Below, piece by piece: positions 6,438 to 15,657 of a stretch of 32,000 nucleotides of DNA (within the stretch, counting starts at the first letter, position 1; each line of letters opens with the position of its first letter). Source of the stretch: Candidatus Saccharimonadota bacterium (lineage in GTDB: Bacteria > Patescibacteriota > Microgenomatia > UBA1406 > GWC2-37-13). The stretch lies in contig CP065004.1 of assembly GCA_016700135.1 (NCBI GenBank), forward strand, positions 1,170,001 to 1,202,000, in the 5' to 3' direction. The notes beneath the pieces are model-generated. The model was not told the origin of the DNA and searched no databases. It saw nothing but the letters and a program-made list of their open reading frames with translations. The position numbers and the translations under genes were made by a program.

Positions 6438-9407
6438 TTATGCCATAGTCACATCCATCTCATCACCGTACGTCACCTGAGATGCCTGCACTTCCCTCGA
6501 GATCAGCTCTTCCTGTTCTCTGAATTTTTCAGGAAGGACGAGGTGTACTTTATCCGTAACCTGGACACCGAGTTTTTTCCGCTTGTTCTGAATTTTTCTG
6601 ATAAGATCGCGAATTTCTCCTTCCGTCTTCAGTTCTTCTGTCAACTCAGTATCATACTGAACTCCTATTTCGGCTTCCTTTACCGTCACAAACTCTACCT
6701 TCTTGACGTTAAGTTCGGCTTCCAGCAATCTCTTATATTCATCTTCATTGTCTTTGATGCTGAGTTCTTTTACCGACGGAAGAGAAACGGTAACTGATGC
6801 CAGCGGCTGTCTGACTTTTATTGTCAGTTCCTTTCGGATACGATGACCAACTTCAACTACTTCACGTACGATGATCATGTCTTCAATAAGTTTTTGATCC
6901 GGGACAAGATCGCCTAATTCCGGCCACGTTTCAAGATGTACTGATTCATTGGCTGTGATTTGCGTATAGATCTCCTCCGTCAAAAACGGAATAAACGGTG
7001 AAAGTACAATCGAAAGGTTTACAAACATGTACTGCATCACGTCATAAAACGCCTGCTTATCTTTGGTATCAGTAGCCGTTACCCCTACTCTATCACGGGA
7101 GCGTCTGACATACCACGTTGAAAGATCCTGAATATAACTTTCAATGCTTGTAGCAGCTGTTTTTGTGTCGTATGTAGTTAATGATTTCCTGACAATATCA
7201 GTGGTTTCTTTAAACCTTGAGAGAATCCATCGGTCAAGAGCAGATGAAAAATCATCAAGCTTCAGATCTTTCCTCTCGTATACGGCTCCGTCAACTTCAG
7301 CGTTTTGACGGTAGAATTTATAGATATTCCACGTCAAAATATAGAACTGTCTTCTGACTTCATCAGCCTTTTTGTATCCGAACAGCAGGTTCTCTGCCGG
7401 ATTGTGACGGCTGTACATCCATCTCATGACATCTACACCCATCACATCAGCTCCTTCATGAAATGCAATTGAGTTTCCCCAGCTTTTGTGCATCGGACGA
7501 CCGTCTTCTCCCAAAAGTGTCGCAAACCCGAGTACCCGTTTGAAAGGATTCGTGTCTTCCAGTACGGTAGACATGGCAATCATGGCATAAAACCAGTTTT
7601 TGAACTGTCCCGGAAAAGATTCAGTGATAAAATCAACGGGAAACCATTTTTCCCATTCTTTCCTGTCCGAGAGATACAACGGTTCTCCCTGGTTGTTCTC
7701 TTTGATCGTTGAGTACGGCACAATTCCGGCATCAAGCCAGGGGTTTCCTACATCACCAATCCTGTGCATGGGGCCCTTGCATGAAGAACAACTGATGATA
7801 ACATCGTCTATGTATGGTTTATGCGGTGTATGTCCTTCAAACTGCTCCCATCCTCCCACTGCACGCTCTTTCAGCTCGTCCTTTGATCCGATTACATCAA
7901 ATGAATTGCACTTTTCACATTCATAAATCGGCAAAGCCAGTCCCCAATACCTGTTCTTTTTGCTGATAAGCCAGTCATGCATATTATTGAGCCAATCCAG
8001 CTCACGTTCTAGCCCGAATGACGGCATCCATTGAATTTTTTTGGCTACTTCTATCATCCGTTCACGAAGAGTTCGCTTATCTCCAGTTGCCGACGGTTTA
8101 TCCATTGCGATGTACCATTCATCAGCGACTTTCCAGACAAGTTCTGCCTTACATCTCCAGCATCCCGGATATCTGTGTTTATATTTTTCAATCTTAAAAA
8201 TATAATTCTTTCCTTTTTTTTCCTCTTCTTCAAGATGATCGAGAATAATCCTCGGATCATTCTTAGCATTCTTCCCGGCAAGAAAGCCCATATGGGAAAG
8301 GTAATCTGCGTTGTCTGCAATTACGGGGATCATGGGAAGTCCCAGTTTCTTTCCGAGTCTAAAGTCTTCAGTACCGGCACTCACAGCTGTATGAACCAGT
8401 CCCGTTCCCTCTGTTGTAGAAATTGGCATGATCTTCGGATCAGTCATCACCACTGTGTGAAAGGTCTCAGGATTTTCTGCGGCGGTTTTTTTGACAATTT
8501 CAAGTTCATCAAAAAGACCAGTATATTTTCGCCCGACAAGTTCCTTGCCCGGAACAGTTTTTATTATCTTTGCATCTTTCCCGAATAATGTTTCGACTCT
8601 GTCTTTTGCAAGCCAGAAATGATCACCTGTTTCACCTTCTACCATCGCATACTCAATATCTCGATCAACGGCGACGGCGATGTTTGCGGGAATGGTCCAC
8701 GGTGTTGTGGTCCACACCAAGAGATATTCATTTTCGGCATCGGTCAGTTTAAACTCCATATAAATTGATTCATGGGTGACTTCTTTATAGTCTTCAGTCA
8801 GCATCTCATGCTGTGAAATCGCCGTCTCGCACCGCGGACACCACGGTACGGACTCGTGTCCTTTATAGATCCATCCGTTTTCATAGCACGTTTTGAGAAA
8901 GTGCCAGATCATGTAGTTATTATCTTCACTCATGGTAAAGTAGGAATGATCCCAGTCCATAAAATACGCAAGTCGTTTGGACTGATCTGTCTGGATACCG
9001 GCAAACTTATTCACGCGGTCTTTACAAAGTTGTACGAATTTCGCAATCGAAGCTTTTTTATCACCGGGTACCAGATTTTCGATATCTTTTTTTGATTTAA
9101 GCCCCAGCTCCTTTTCCACTTCCACTTCAACCCACAATCCCTGACAGTCAAAGCCGTTCTGGAAACGCTGTTTGTGACCGAGAAGATTGTTGAATTTCTG
9201 CCATAAATCTTTGTAGGTCCGTCCCCAGGCATGATGTACGCCCATCGGATTGTTGGCCGTGATCGGTCCGTCCTGGAAAGAAAAATACGTTTTGGAGTTA
9301 TCGTTTTTATGAAGATATTTTTCAATAATACCCTGTTCATACCAATGCTTGAGCCATTTATGCTCCATGTTTATGAAAAATTCGTTCAGCGGATTAGTAT
9401 CTGCCAT
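6438..9407 (-). CDS. ileS: Isoleucine--tRNA ligase (class I aaRS, divergent/type-2-like signature motifs)
   Basis: 989 aa. GPITANNPMGVHHAWGRTYKD is the HIGH region in its GIHH-type variant. Other marks are WCPRCETAISQHE, WTTTPWT, the editing-domain layout, and MHKSWGNS in the KMSKS position. Confidence 0.85.
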   Translation of the reverse strand: MADTNPLNEFFINMEHKWLKHWYEQGIIEKYLHKNDNSKTYFSFQDGPITANNPMGVHHAWGRTYKDLWQKFNNLLGHKQRFQNGFDCQGLWVEVEVEKELGLKSKKDIENLVPGDKKASIAKFVQLCKDRVNKFAGIQTDQSKRLAYFMDWDHSYFTMSEDNNYMIWHFLKTCYENGWIYKGHESVPWCPRCETAISQHEMLTEDYKEVTHESIYMEFKLTDAENEYLLVWTTTPWTIPANIAVAVDRDIEYAMVEGETGDHFWLAKDRVETLFGKDAKIIKTVPGKELVGRKYTGLFDELEIVKKTAAENPETFHTVVMTDPKIMPISTTEGTGLVHTAVSAGTEDFRLGKKLGLPMIPVIADNADYLSHMGFLAGKNAKNDPRIILDHLEEEEKKGKNYIFKIEKYKHRYPGCWRCKAELVWKVADEWYIAMDKPSATGDKRTLRERMIEVAKKIQWMPSFGLERELDWLNNMHDWLISKKNRYWGLALPIYECEKCNSFDVIGSKDELKERAVGGWEQFEGHTPHKPYIDDVIISCSSCKGPMHRIGDVGNPWLDAGIVPYSTIKENNQGEPLYLSDRKEWEKWFPVDFITESFPGQFKNWFYAMIAMSTVLEDTNPFKRVLGFATLLGEDGRPMHKSWGNSIAFHEGADVMGVDVMRWMYSRHNPAENLLFGYKKADEVRRQFYILTWNIYKFYRQNAEVDGAVYERKDLKLDDFSSALDRWILSRFKETTDIVRKSLTTYDTKTAATSIESYIQDLSTWYVRRSRDRVGVTATDTKDKQAFYDVMQYMFVNLSIVLSPFIPFLTEEIYTQITANESVHLETWPELGDLVPDQKLIEDMIIVREVVEVGHRIRKELTIKVRQPLASVTVSLPSVKELSIKDNEDEYKRLLEAELNVKKVEFVTVKEAEIGVQYDTELTEELKTEGEIRDLIRKIQNKRKKLGVQVTDKVHLVLPEKFREQEELISREVQASQVTYGDEMDVTMA

Positions 9408-9452
9408 AGGGTATCAGAAAACGGAAATAATAATGCAACACGTCAAGTCCCT

Positions 9453-9461
9453 ATTGTATCA
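9453..9461 (-). promoter_or_regulatory. Possible extended -10 (TGaTACAAT) for ileS, giving a leader of about 40 nt
   Basis: The reverse complement of 9453-9461 is TGATACAAT. It lies between the terminator hairpin (9508-9532) and the ileS ATG (9407). Confidence 0.3.
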
Positions 9462-9507
9462 TCACGAGTAGCCGGAAGCAATAAAGTTCCGATAAAAGAA
9501 GTGTGAT

Positions 9508-9532
9508 GGAGGGGTGCTTGAAGCACCCCTCC
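9508..9532 (-). terminator. Rho-independent terminator hairpin after the GC-rich secreted-protein gene
   Basis: GGAGGGGTGCT-TGA-AGCACCCCTCC forms a perfect 11-bp GC-rich stem starting 3 nt after the stop (9536-9538). On the minus strand it is followed by ATCACACTTCTTTTATC. Confidence 0.6.
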
Positions 9533-9535
9533 GTT

Positions 9536-9997
9536 TCATGTACCGTCCGTACACCATGCCCAGTAGTAACCCGGACGCAGGGCCTCGATGAGATGAGCTG
9601 CGATCCAAGACTTGGTCACTTGCCAAAACTCCGGCCCCCAGACATCGGGATTGTCGGGATAATCCCGCCAATGCCCGTCGGTCACGGCGATGTACTGTTT
9701 CTTCACAATGTTCCACATGACGAGTTCCCGGCACATATAACTGCCGGGATCCGGCACACCGATTTGCAACGTGTAGTGCGGCTGAAAATCATACCATTCC
9801 GTGTGAATTATCACCCCCTGGTACCATTTTCCTTCTCCCTCACCTTGTTGCTGAGGTGCTGCCAAAGCTGTCGATATCAGAGGCATATACAGTGTCCTTT
9901 CCGTTGCGGTAGGTTCCTGGGCGTACACGCTTCCTGTGTTTGCTAAGACAAACAAGGACAGTAACATACAGGCTACAAGCTTTTGAAACATGTTCAT
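9536..9997 (-). CDS. Small secreted Trp/Tyr-rich protein of unknown function (likely start at the second ATG, 9991)
   Basis: Signal peptide MFQKLVACMLLSLFVLANTGSVYA|QEP. The mature part of about 125 aa has about 9 Trp and 2 Cys. An AAAGGA SD lies 6 nt before ATG 9991. It has its own promoter and terminator, and its GC is visibly higher than the flanks. The antisense ORFs 9503..9946 and 9462..9734 look like Cys/Arg/Pro-rich noise. Confidence 0.7.
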   Translation of the reverse strand: MNMFQKLVACMLLSLFVLANTGSVYAQEPTATERTLYMPLISTALAAPQQQGEGEGKWYQGVIIHTEWYDFQPHYTLQIGVPDPGSYMCRELVMWNIVKKQYIAVTDGHWRDYPDNPDVWGPEFWQVTKSWIAAHLIEALRPGYYWAWCTDGT

Positions 9998-10092
9998 TCC
10001 TTTCTGGTTGGTTTGGACGGTACATCAAAGAACCTTCTTCTGACACCACTGTACACGGCAATGCATACGGTATGCCAGTAGAATTACCCTAT

Positions 10093-10121
10093 AGTATATA
10101 AACTGGAAGAAAATAAGTCAA
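10093..10121 (-). promoter_or_regulatory. Near-consensus promoter TTGACT-17-TATACT for the GC-rich secreted-protein gene
   Basis: The minus strand reads TTGACT (10121-10116), a 17-nt spacer, and TATACT (10098-10093). It lies 10 nt downstream of the ftsZ stop and predicts a 5' UTR of about 90 nt. Confidence 0.55.
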
Positions 10122-10130
10122 TGTAGGTCG

Positions 10131-11321
10131 TTATTTCTTTCGGAGGAATGCGGGGATATCAAATTCGTCATCGTCACGCACTGATGATGCAGGCTTACGT
10201 TGTACCGGCTCTTCCTGTCTTTGATACGGTTCTTCAGGGGGATAAAGTGAAAAGTCATCTTTTTCTTCTGAGAGAGCAGCTTCTGCTTCAGCTTCCTCTA
10301 TAGTTTTTTCTCGTTTATCTTCTGCATCAGCCTGTTGGGGTCTTTGGAACTTGAAGAGTTTCATCGTACTTTCGTCAAATCGGGTAGCAATTACCGTAAT
10401 CTTTATCTGATCGGTAAGATTCTCATCAATTGCCGCACCGAAAATGATATTTGCATCAGGATCGGCAGCTTTCGTAATCATGGTTGCGGCTTCATCAATT
10501 TCACTCATCGAAAGATCTGATCCTCCGACGATATTCAACAGAATTCCCTTTGCTCCGTCGATAGATGCATCAAGAAGCGGTGAAGAAATTGCCTGACGAA
10601 TGGCACTGATAGCGCGTTTGTCACCCGTTCCGATTCCCATACCCATGATGGCATTACCGGCATTGTCCATGATAGAACGCACATCGGCAAAGTCCACATT
10701 GATAAGTCCCGGAAGGGTAATCAACTCGGCAATACCTTTTACACCCTGATGAAGCACAGAGTCAATCTTCCTGAATGCTTCGACAATAGATGTTTTCTTG
10801 TCAATGACCTGAAGAACACGCTGGTTCGGAATAACAATGAGAGTATCGACGTTACTTTTCAGTAATTCTATTCCCTCTGAAGCCTGATTTTTACGAGGAG
10901 AACCTTCGAAGTCGAACGGTTTTGTAACCACGGCAACGGTGAGTGCACCTGACTCTTTGGCAACTTCTGCCACAATCGGAGAAGCACCTGTCCCGGTCCC
11001 TCCTCCTTCACCGCAGGTTATGAAGATCATATCAGCTGTACCAAGTTCATCTTTCAGTTTTTCCCGGGATTCTTCTGCCGCTTCGCGGCCGACTTCAGGA
11101 TTCCCTCCAGAACCGAGTCCTTTGGTGACCTGATCCCCGATCTGAATTTTTATTTCCGCTTTGTTATGAAGAAGAGCCTGTGCATCAGTATTTACGGCAA
11201 CGAATTCTACGCCTTCGATACCGCCTTCTTTGATCATGGAAGAGATGGCATTCCCGCCGCCTCCGCCTACACCGACTACTTTAATTTTTGCTGCTTGTCC
11301 TGCTTTTGGTTTGATTAACAT
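10131..11321 (-). CDS. ftsZ: Cell division GTPase FtsZ
   Basis: 396 aa: [42 protein letters not shown] (tubulin signature), and the C-terminal [13 protein letters not shown] peptide. Confidence 0.97.
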   Translation of the reverse strand: MLIKPKAGQAAKIKVVGVGGGGGNAISSMIKEGGIEGVEFVAVNTDAQALLHNKAEIKIQIGDQVTKGLGSGGNPEVGREAAEESREKLKDELGTADMIFITCGEGGGTGTGASPIVAEVAKESGALTVAVVTKPFDFEGSPRKNQASEGIELLKSNVDTLIVIPNQRVLQVIDKKTSIVEAFRKIDSVLHQGVKGIAELITLPGLINVDFADVRSIMDNAGNAIMGMGIGTGDKRAISAIRQAISSPLLDASIDGAKGILLNIVGGSDLSMSEIDEAATMITKAADPDANIIFGAAIDENLTDQIKITVIATRFDESTMKLFKFQRPQQADAEDKREKTIEEAEAEAALSEEKDDFSLYPPEEPYQRQEEPVQRKPASSVRDDDEFDIPAFLRKK

Positions 11322-11409
11322 AGGTTATGTCTAGTCGCATGCGGGAAGAAGAATCTCGTCTTGTGAAGTCCGGAACGGGATCCTTTGGTATCCCTCAGGA
11401 TGACTAATG

Positions 11410-12684
11410 TTAGGGAAGAAACTGTTTGAACACTTTCTTCGCCTTAGACATTATATCATTCATTGAGAAGTTTTTCAGAACTGAATTGAAATCTTTGAAA
11501 TTCGCAGGATCCTCAAACATCTGGGAGTTCCCGTAGTAGACAAGTCCGAGCGTCGCGGCATACATCGGATTCATCACTTCGTCGACCAGACCTGTGGCTT
11601 TTTCCGGTACACCCACCCGTATCGGAAGTCTTGCAATCCGTTTTCCCATCTCAACCATACCGACAGTCATCGAACCGCCGCCCGTGATAACGATTCCTGA
11701 AGGGATTGCTTTCTCATAACCGCTTTTACTGAGCTCTTCGGCTACAAAAGAATAAATTTCTTCAATACGCGGACTGATAATACCTTCAATGATTTCTTTC
11801 GGGCTGACGTCTGGAAGTTTTTCCGGAATACCCAGTTTCTCGGAAGTAAGTATATTTTTCTCTTTCTTTTTAATAGCTTCTTCGACACGGCGTGCATTAT
11901 TGCTGAGATACAGTTTCACTTTTTCCGCCGATTCAAGTGAAACCCTCAGACCGACTGCAATATCATTGCTGATGTGTCTTGCACCAATCGGTATGGATGA
12001 AGAAAACGATAAAGCGCCTTCTACAAAAATGCTCATATCAATTTTTCCACCGCCAATATCAACTACAGCCACACCAAGATCCTTCTCAGTGTCCGTAAGA
12101 ACTGCTTCTGCTGCTGCCACACCGGAAAAAATATAGCCCGTATTTTTTATTCCCAGATCATTTAGGACTTTATCGATATTCTTAAGATTGGTTGCTGATG
12201 CTGTGATGATATGGGTGTCTACTTCCAGCCTGACGCCGCTCATCCCCACCGGATTATTGATTCCGCTTTGTCCGTCTACACTGTACTCACGCGGTGTTAC
12301 TTCAATAATCTGCCTGGTATTCGAAAGAGAGATCGCACGGGCTGCTTCTATAACACGCTGAACATCATCTTCGACCACTTCAAACTGAGGATTCGCAACG
12401 GCAACTATCCCATGTGAATTAATCGAAGCTATATGAGGACCTCCGACGGATACATATGCTTCCTTGATCTGATGGCCGGCCATACGTTCTGCTTTTTCCA
12501 CACTTGCCTCGACGGATGCAGTCGCCTGATCAATATCAACAATCAGCCCCTTTTTTACCCCTCTTGAAGGCGTGGCATTGAATCCGATAATCCGGATTTC
12601 ATCAGTCTCAGCTGAGTAAAGTCCGACAATCGTTGCAATTTTTGTGCTGCCGATGTCGATGCCGCAAATGAGTGTTTCCGCCAT
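11410..12684 (-). CDS. ftsA: Cell division protein FtsA (actin-like ATPase)
   Basis: 424 aa: GIDIGSTKIATIVG, VVDIGGGKIDMSIF, GIVITGGGS. It sits immediately upstream of ftsZ. Confidence 0.95.
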   Translation of the reverse strand: MAETLICGIDIGSTKIATIVGLYSAETDEIRIIGFNATPSRGVKKGLIVDIDQATASVEASVEKAERMAGHQIKEAYVSVGGPHIASINSHGIVAVANPQFEVVEDDVQRVIEAARAISLSNTRQIIEVTPREYSVDGQSGINNPVGMSGVRLEVDTHIITASATNLKNIDKVLNDLGIKNTGYIFSGVAAAEAVLTDTEKDLGVAVVDIGGGKIDMSIFVEGALSFSSSIPIGARHISNDIAVGLRVSLESAEKVKLYLSNNARRVEEAIKKKEKNILTSEKLGIPEKLPDVSPKEIIEGIISPRIEEIYSFVAEELSKSGYEKAIPSGIVITGGGSMTVGMVEMGKRIARLPIRVGVPEKATGLVDEVMNPMYAATLGLVYYGNSQMFEDPANFKDFNSVLKNFSMNDIMSKAKKVFKQFLP

Positions 12685-12723
12685 AATCTGTATGAGCCTA
12701 GTGACTTCTTAAAAAATTTATGA

Positions 12724-13494
12724 TCAAAACCGAATAATCGGCTTATCAAAACGCAAATCCAACGTTTCAAACGCTATACCTTCAACTGAAAGCTGCCTAA
12801 GAGACTGTTCGAACTGATACTTCTGCAGCTCAATATCCTTTTCAGAGGAAAATAAAAACGCACTGCTGTCTGTATATAATCCTAGCATATGAAATCCTTC
12901 AATAGCAATACTATTTACCTTGAGTCTTGCATCCTGAACAATCCCCAGGAAATAAAGACTGTCTTCCACTTCCTTAAAGCCGATTTCATCTCCTCTCTGA
13001 AAAGAATTATACGGCACATTCTGATAAAAAGTAATGACCGGTATGCCGGTATTCTCAATTTCCCGGACTTTTTCAAGTATGATACCTTCCGTACTGAGCA
13101 GCAGATAACCGTCTCCGACCATCAGGTATGCTGCCTGGGTCAGTCTGCTTACCTCAACTTCGATTACAGAAGGGTATTTTTTCCCGATCGAAAGGATGCG
13201 GTAATACGGATTGGCATTCGTCAAATACTTCTCAGCTTCGCGAAGATCCAGACGCCAGAGATGCATACCCCTGTACTGGTTCTTTCCTTTAAACGGAAAC
13301 TCCTTTGATTCGCCGTAAACCTTCATCTCTTGTACCCGATAAGCATGATCAATACGATATGCGAGAACAATTGTGAGAGCAAAAATAGTCAGAAATAGCA
13401 AACTAGGTGCGATTTTCCCGGTATATCTCTTCCACAATCCGCTCTGCCGCTTCGGTGATGTATGTTCCTTCAAGTTTTTGGTATGCTCGTTCAT
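12724..13494 (-). CDS. ftsQ: FtsQ/DivIB-like cell division protein (single TM plus POTRA-like domain)
   Basis: 256 aa with a basic N-terminus, the TM helix SLLFLTIFALTIVLAY, and a POTRA-like region (VQEMKVYGES...). It occupies the canonical position between murG and ftsA. The ATG at 13494 overlaps the murG 3' end by 92 nt, so the start is uncertain. Confidence 0.7.
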   Translation of the reverse strand: MNEHTKNLKEHTSPKRQSGLWKRYTGKIAPSLLFLTIFALTIVLAYRIDHAYRVQEMKVYGESKEFPFKGKNQYRGMHLWRLDLREAEKYLTNANPYYRILSIGKKYPSVIEVEVSRLTQAAYLMVGDGYLLLSTEGIILEKVREIENTGIPVITFYQNVPYNSFQRGDEIGFKEVEDSLYFLGIVQDARLKVNSIAIEGFHMLGLYTDSSAFLFSSEKDIELQKYQFEQSLRQLSVEGIAFETLDLRFDKPIIRF

Positions 13495-14536
13495 AGTGTT
13501 CTTTGTTATGTAGTACAGACATGATTAACGAAAGCAAATCTTCAGATTTACCTTCCTGCTCAAATATTTCGGCTGCACCTGCAGTTTTCAAAATGCCGGC
13601 ATGCTTACGCTGCTCATCAAATGCGGCAAGAGGCAAAGGAATCAGGACTGCCGGTTTTTTCAGAGCTACCAGCTCAAAGAATGTATTTGCACCGGATCTG
13701 CTTACAACTACATCCGCTTTTCGGAGCAGCGCCCCAATCTCATCATCGCCGATATGCGTTCTGACGGTATATCTTTGTCTCAGATCTTCAGGTAATGATT
13801 CCCTTACAGCTTTCAACCGTTCATAATCATTATACTCACGAAGATTCCCGGTTTGGTGTATGACTGAACAGCCTTTCAGCAACTCGGGAAGGATTTGTTC
13901 GATATGCTTGTTTATTGCATGAGCTCCGAGTGACCCTCCCGTCACATAAACACACGGGATTCCTGAAGGAGTCGGAATAGTTGTCTTTGCGGTAAATACA
14001 CTTTTCCGGACAGGATTGCCCGTCAATATTGCTTTTGACTTCGGGAAAAAACCGGCTGATTCAGGAAAGGATATAAATACCTTTGCAGCTATACGACCGA
14101 TTTTCCTGTTGGCCAATCCCGGATGTATGGTTTGTTCATGAGTGTACACGGGAATCTTCATCGTCGACGCAACTGCAGCCACAGGGTATGCAAGATATCC
14201 GCCGAAAGAAAGCACCAATTCAGGTTTTTCTGATCGCAAGATCTGCCATGCACGGTAAAAGCCGAAAGGTATCATTATGATATCCTGAAGCGTCCGGAGT
14301 GATATTGTTCTGGTAAATCGACCCGTCACCAAATGATAAAATCGTATTGATCTTCTTTGAATTTCCTTATACTCAAAACTTTCGGTACGTTCCTTGTTGT
14401 TGTTGTATTTCCTGCCGACGAAGACGATCTCAGTCTCGGGAAACTTATCTTCAATCAAATCAATAACTGCAAGCGCAGGGGTGACATGCCCGCCGGTTAT
14501 GATGATTTTCGTAGGCTGCATATGGTATTGTAACAC
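13403..14536 (-). CDS. murG: UDP-GlcNAc:lipid I N-acetylglucosaminyltransferase MurG
   Basis: KIIITGGHVTPALAV (G-loop), VTGGSLGA, and a C-terminal GT28 domain. The track start at 14536 is GTG. ATG 14521 (MQPTKIIITGG...) is the more likely start. Confidence 0.9.
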   Translation of the reverse strand: MLQYHMQPTKIIITGGHVTPALAVIDLIEDKFPETEIVFVGRKYNNNKERTESFEYKEIQRRSIRFYHLVTGRFTRTISLRTLQDIIMIPFGFYRAWQILRSEKPELVLSFGGYLAYPVAAVASTMKIPVYTHEQTIHPGLANRKIGRIAAKVFISFPESAGFFPKSKAILTGNPVRKSVFTAKTTIPTPSGIPCVYVTGGSLGAHAINKHIEQILPELLKGCSVIHQTGNLREYNDYERLKAVRESLPEDLRQRYTVRTHIGDDEIGALLRKADVVVSRSGANTFFELVALKKPAVLIPLPLAAFDEQRKHAGILKTAGAAEIFEQEGKSEDLLSLIMSVLHNKEHYERAYQKLEGTYITEAAERIVEEIYRENRT

Positions 14537-14538
14537 GC

Positions 14539-15657
14539 TTATGTCTTTGTCTGACGGGCAACATTTATCGCAATTCCCAAAAGCATACAGGACGCAAGCA
14601 TTGATGATCCTCCGTATGAAACGAAAGGCAGAGTCACACCAGTCAGAGGCATAATATTCACCATTCCGCCGAGATTTATAATAATTTGGAGACCGAAGTA
14701 CGTAAAAATGCCTCCGATTAACAATTTCCCGAACCGATCATCAACGGAATTGTACAACTGATACAGCTTATACAAAAACACAAAGTACAGTGTGATAATG
14801 AGAAAGCTGCCGACGAAGCCGAGCTCTTCGCTGATAATTGCAAAAATAGAATCGGTATGAGCTTCAGGAAGAAATAAATACTTTTGCCTTGATGCACCGA
14901 AGCCTCTTCCGAACAGACCGCCTTCCGTGACGGATATCAGGATCTGATTGATATGAAATCCCACACCGAGCGGATCATTTTCGGGATTGAGAAACGCAGT
15001 CAGACGTTTGAGACGATAAGGAGCGGCAAAAATGAGCCCGGCAAATCCGATGACCGCAACGGGAGCCAGCGCGAGCAGATACCGCAGATCCTGACCTCCG
15101 AGAAAATACATCGCAATTCCGAGAGAAAATACCATGATTGCAGTTCCCATATCAGGCTGCAGCATTATAAGTAAAAGGAGAAAACCCAAGAGAAGAACAA
15201 ACGGTAAAAACCTGCTTTTTTCCTTTTTTGAGAACCAGGAGGCCAAATAGAGGATAATAGCAAACTTGGTAAACTCGGTCGGCTGAACGGTAATAAAACC
15301 CAGATTAATCCAGCTTCTTGCTCCGCCTGCCGTATGCCCAATGCCGGGAATAAGCACCACAATGAGTAGAAGAATAACTCCGATCATTGCAGGAATGGAT
15401 AAAAAGTAAAGGTTTTTGTAGTTGTACCACGAAAAAAAACCTAAAACGATCGAGCCGAAAAATATCCATCTCAGTTGAAGTTTGAGATAATGAAAACTGT
15501 CTCCGGTTGCGTTCAGTGCACGTATCGAGGAAGCTTCAAACACAAATATCAGACCGATGAATACAAGAAGAACCGCAATAATAAGAAGCACCCATGTCAT
15601 CGTCAATCCGTTTCCTTCTTTCTCGACCTTTCTCAGTCTTTTGTGCCTCTTACGCAT
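14539..15657 (-). CDS. ftsW: SEDS-family lipid II polymerase FtsW
   Basis: 372 aa, polytopic. DPLGVGFHINQ, RQKYLFLPEAHTDSIFAIISEELGFVG and LPFVSYGGSSM. It sits in the dcw position between murD and murG. Confidence 0.9.
   Translation of the reverse strand: MRKRHKRLRKVEKEGNGLTMTWVLLIIAVLLVFIGLIFVFEASSIRALNATGDSFHYLKLQLRWIFFGSIVLGFFSWYNYKNLYFLSIPAMIGVILLLIVVLIPGIGHTAGGARSWINLGFITVQPTEFTKFAIILYLASWFSKKEKSRFLPFVLLLGFLLLLIMLQPDMGTAIMVFSLGIAMYFLGGQDLRYLLALAPVAVIGFAGLIFAAPYRLKRLTAFLNPENDPLGVGFHINQILISVTEGGLFGRGFGASRQKYLFLPEAHTDSIFAIISEELGFVGSFLIITLYFVFLYKLYQLYNSVDDRFGKLLIGGIFTYFGLQIIINLGGMVNIMPLTGVTLPFVSYGGSSMLASCMLLGIAINVARQTKT

Noticed and set aside
8031-8588. Long antisense ORFs inside confident genes: 8031..8588 (+) in ileS, 22101..22574 (+) in the 709-aa gene, 24625..25221 (+) in the SBP gene, 12889..13308 (+) in ftsQ, 16724..17107 (+), and 9503..9946 (+).
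   Set aside because: Each is fully embedded opposite a gene with strong family motifs. Their translations are low-complexity or Ser/Cys/Arg/Phe-rich with no recognisable motifs, and none has promoter-like geometry. They are shadow ORFs.
6438-9407. Non-canonical class I signature motifs in IleRS (GVHH instead of HIGH, MHKSW instead of KMSKS) as a possible sign of a pseudo-enzyme or paralogue.
   Set aside because: A GIHH-type HIGH variant occurs in a known IleRS subclass (Bacteroidetes/type-2-like enzymes, from memory). The protein is full length with editing and zinc-binding (WCPRC, CEKC, CSSC) features, so it is most likely the functional housekeeping enzyme.
9408-9507. Possible T-box or attenuator leader upstream of ileS.
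   Set aside because: Only about 40-100 nt are available. I could not find a specifier-loop/T-box (AATTAGGGTGGTACCGCG-like) sequence or alternative terminator/antiterminator helices. The only hairpin there is the terminator of the upstream gene.
11322-11409. The ftsA-ftsZ spacer contains AAGTCCGGAACGGGATCC, faintly reminiscent of the SRP RNA domain IV GGUCCGGAAGGAAGCAGC motif, plus a GGGAT-N8-ATCCC hairpin.
   Set aside because: The match breaks down after CCGGAA. There is no symmetric-loop partner strand and no extended helix, and 88 nt between two co-transcribed genes is an unlikely site for 4.5S RNA. It is probably just a spacer with a weak 5-bp hairpin.
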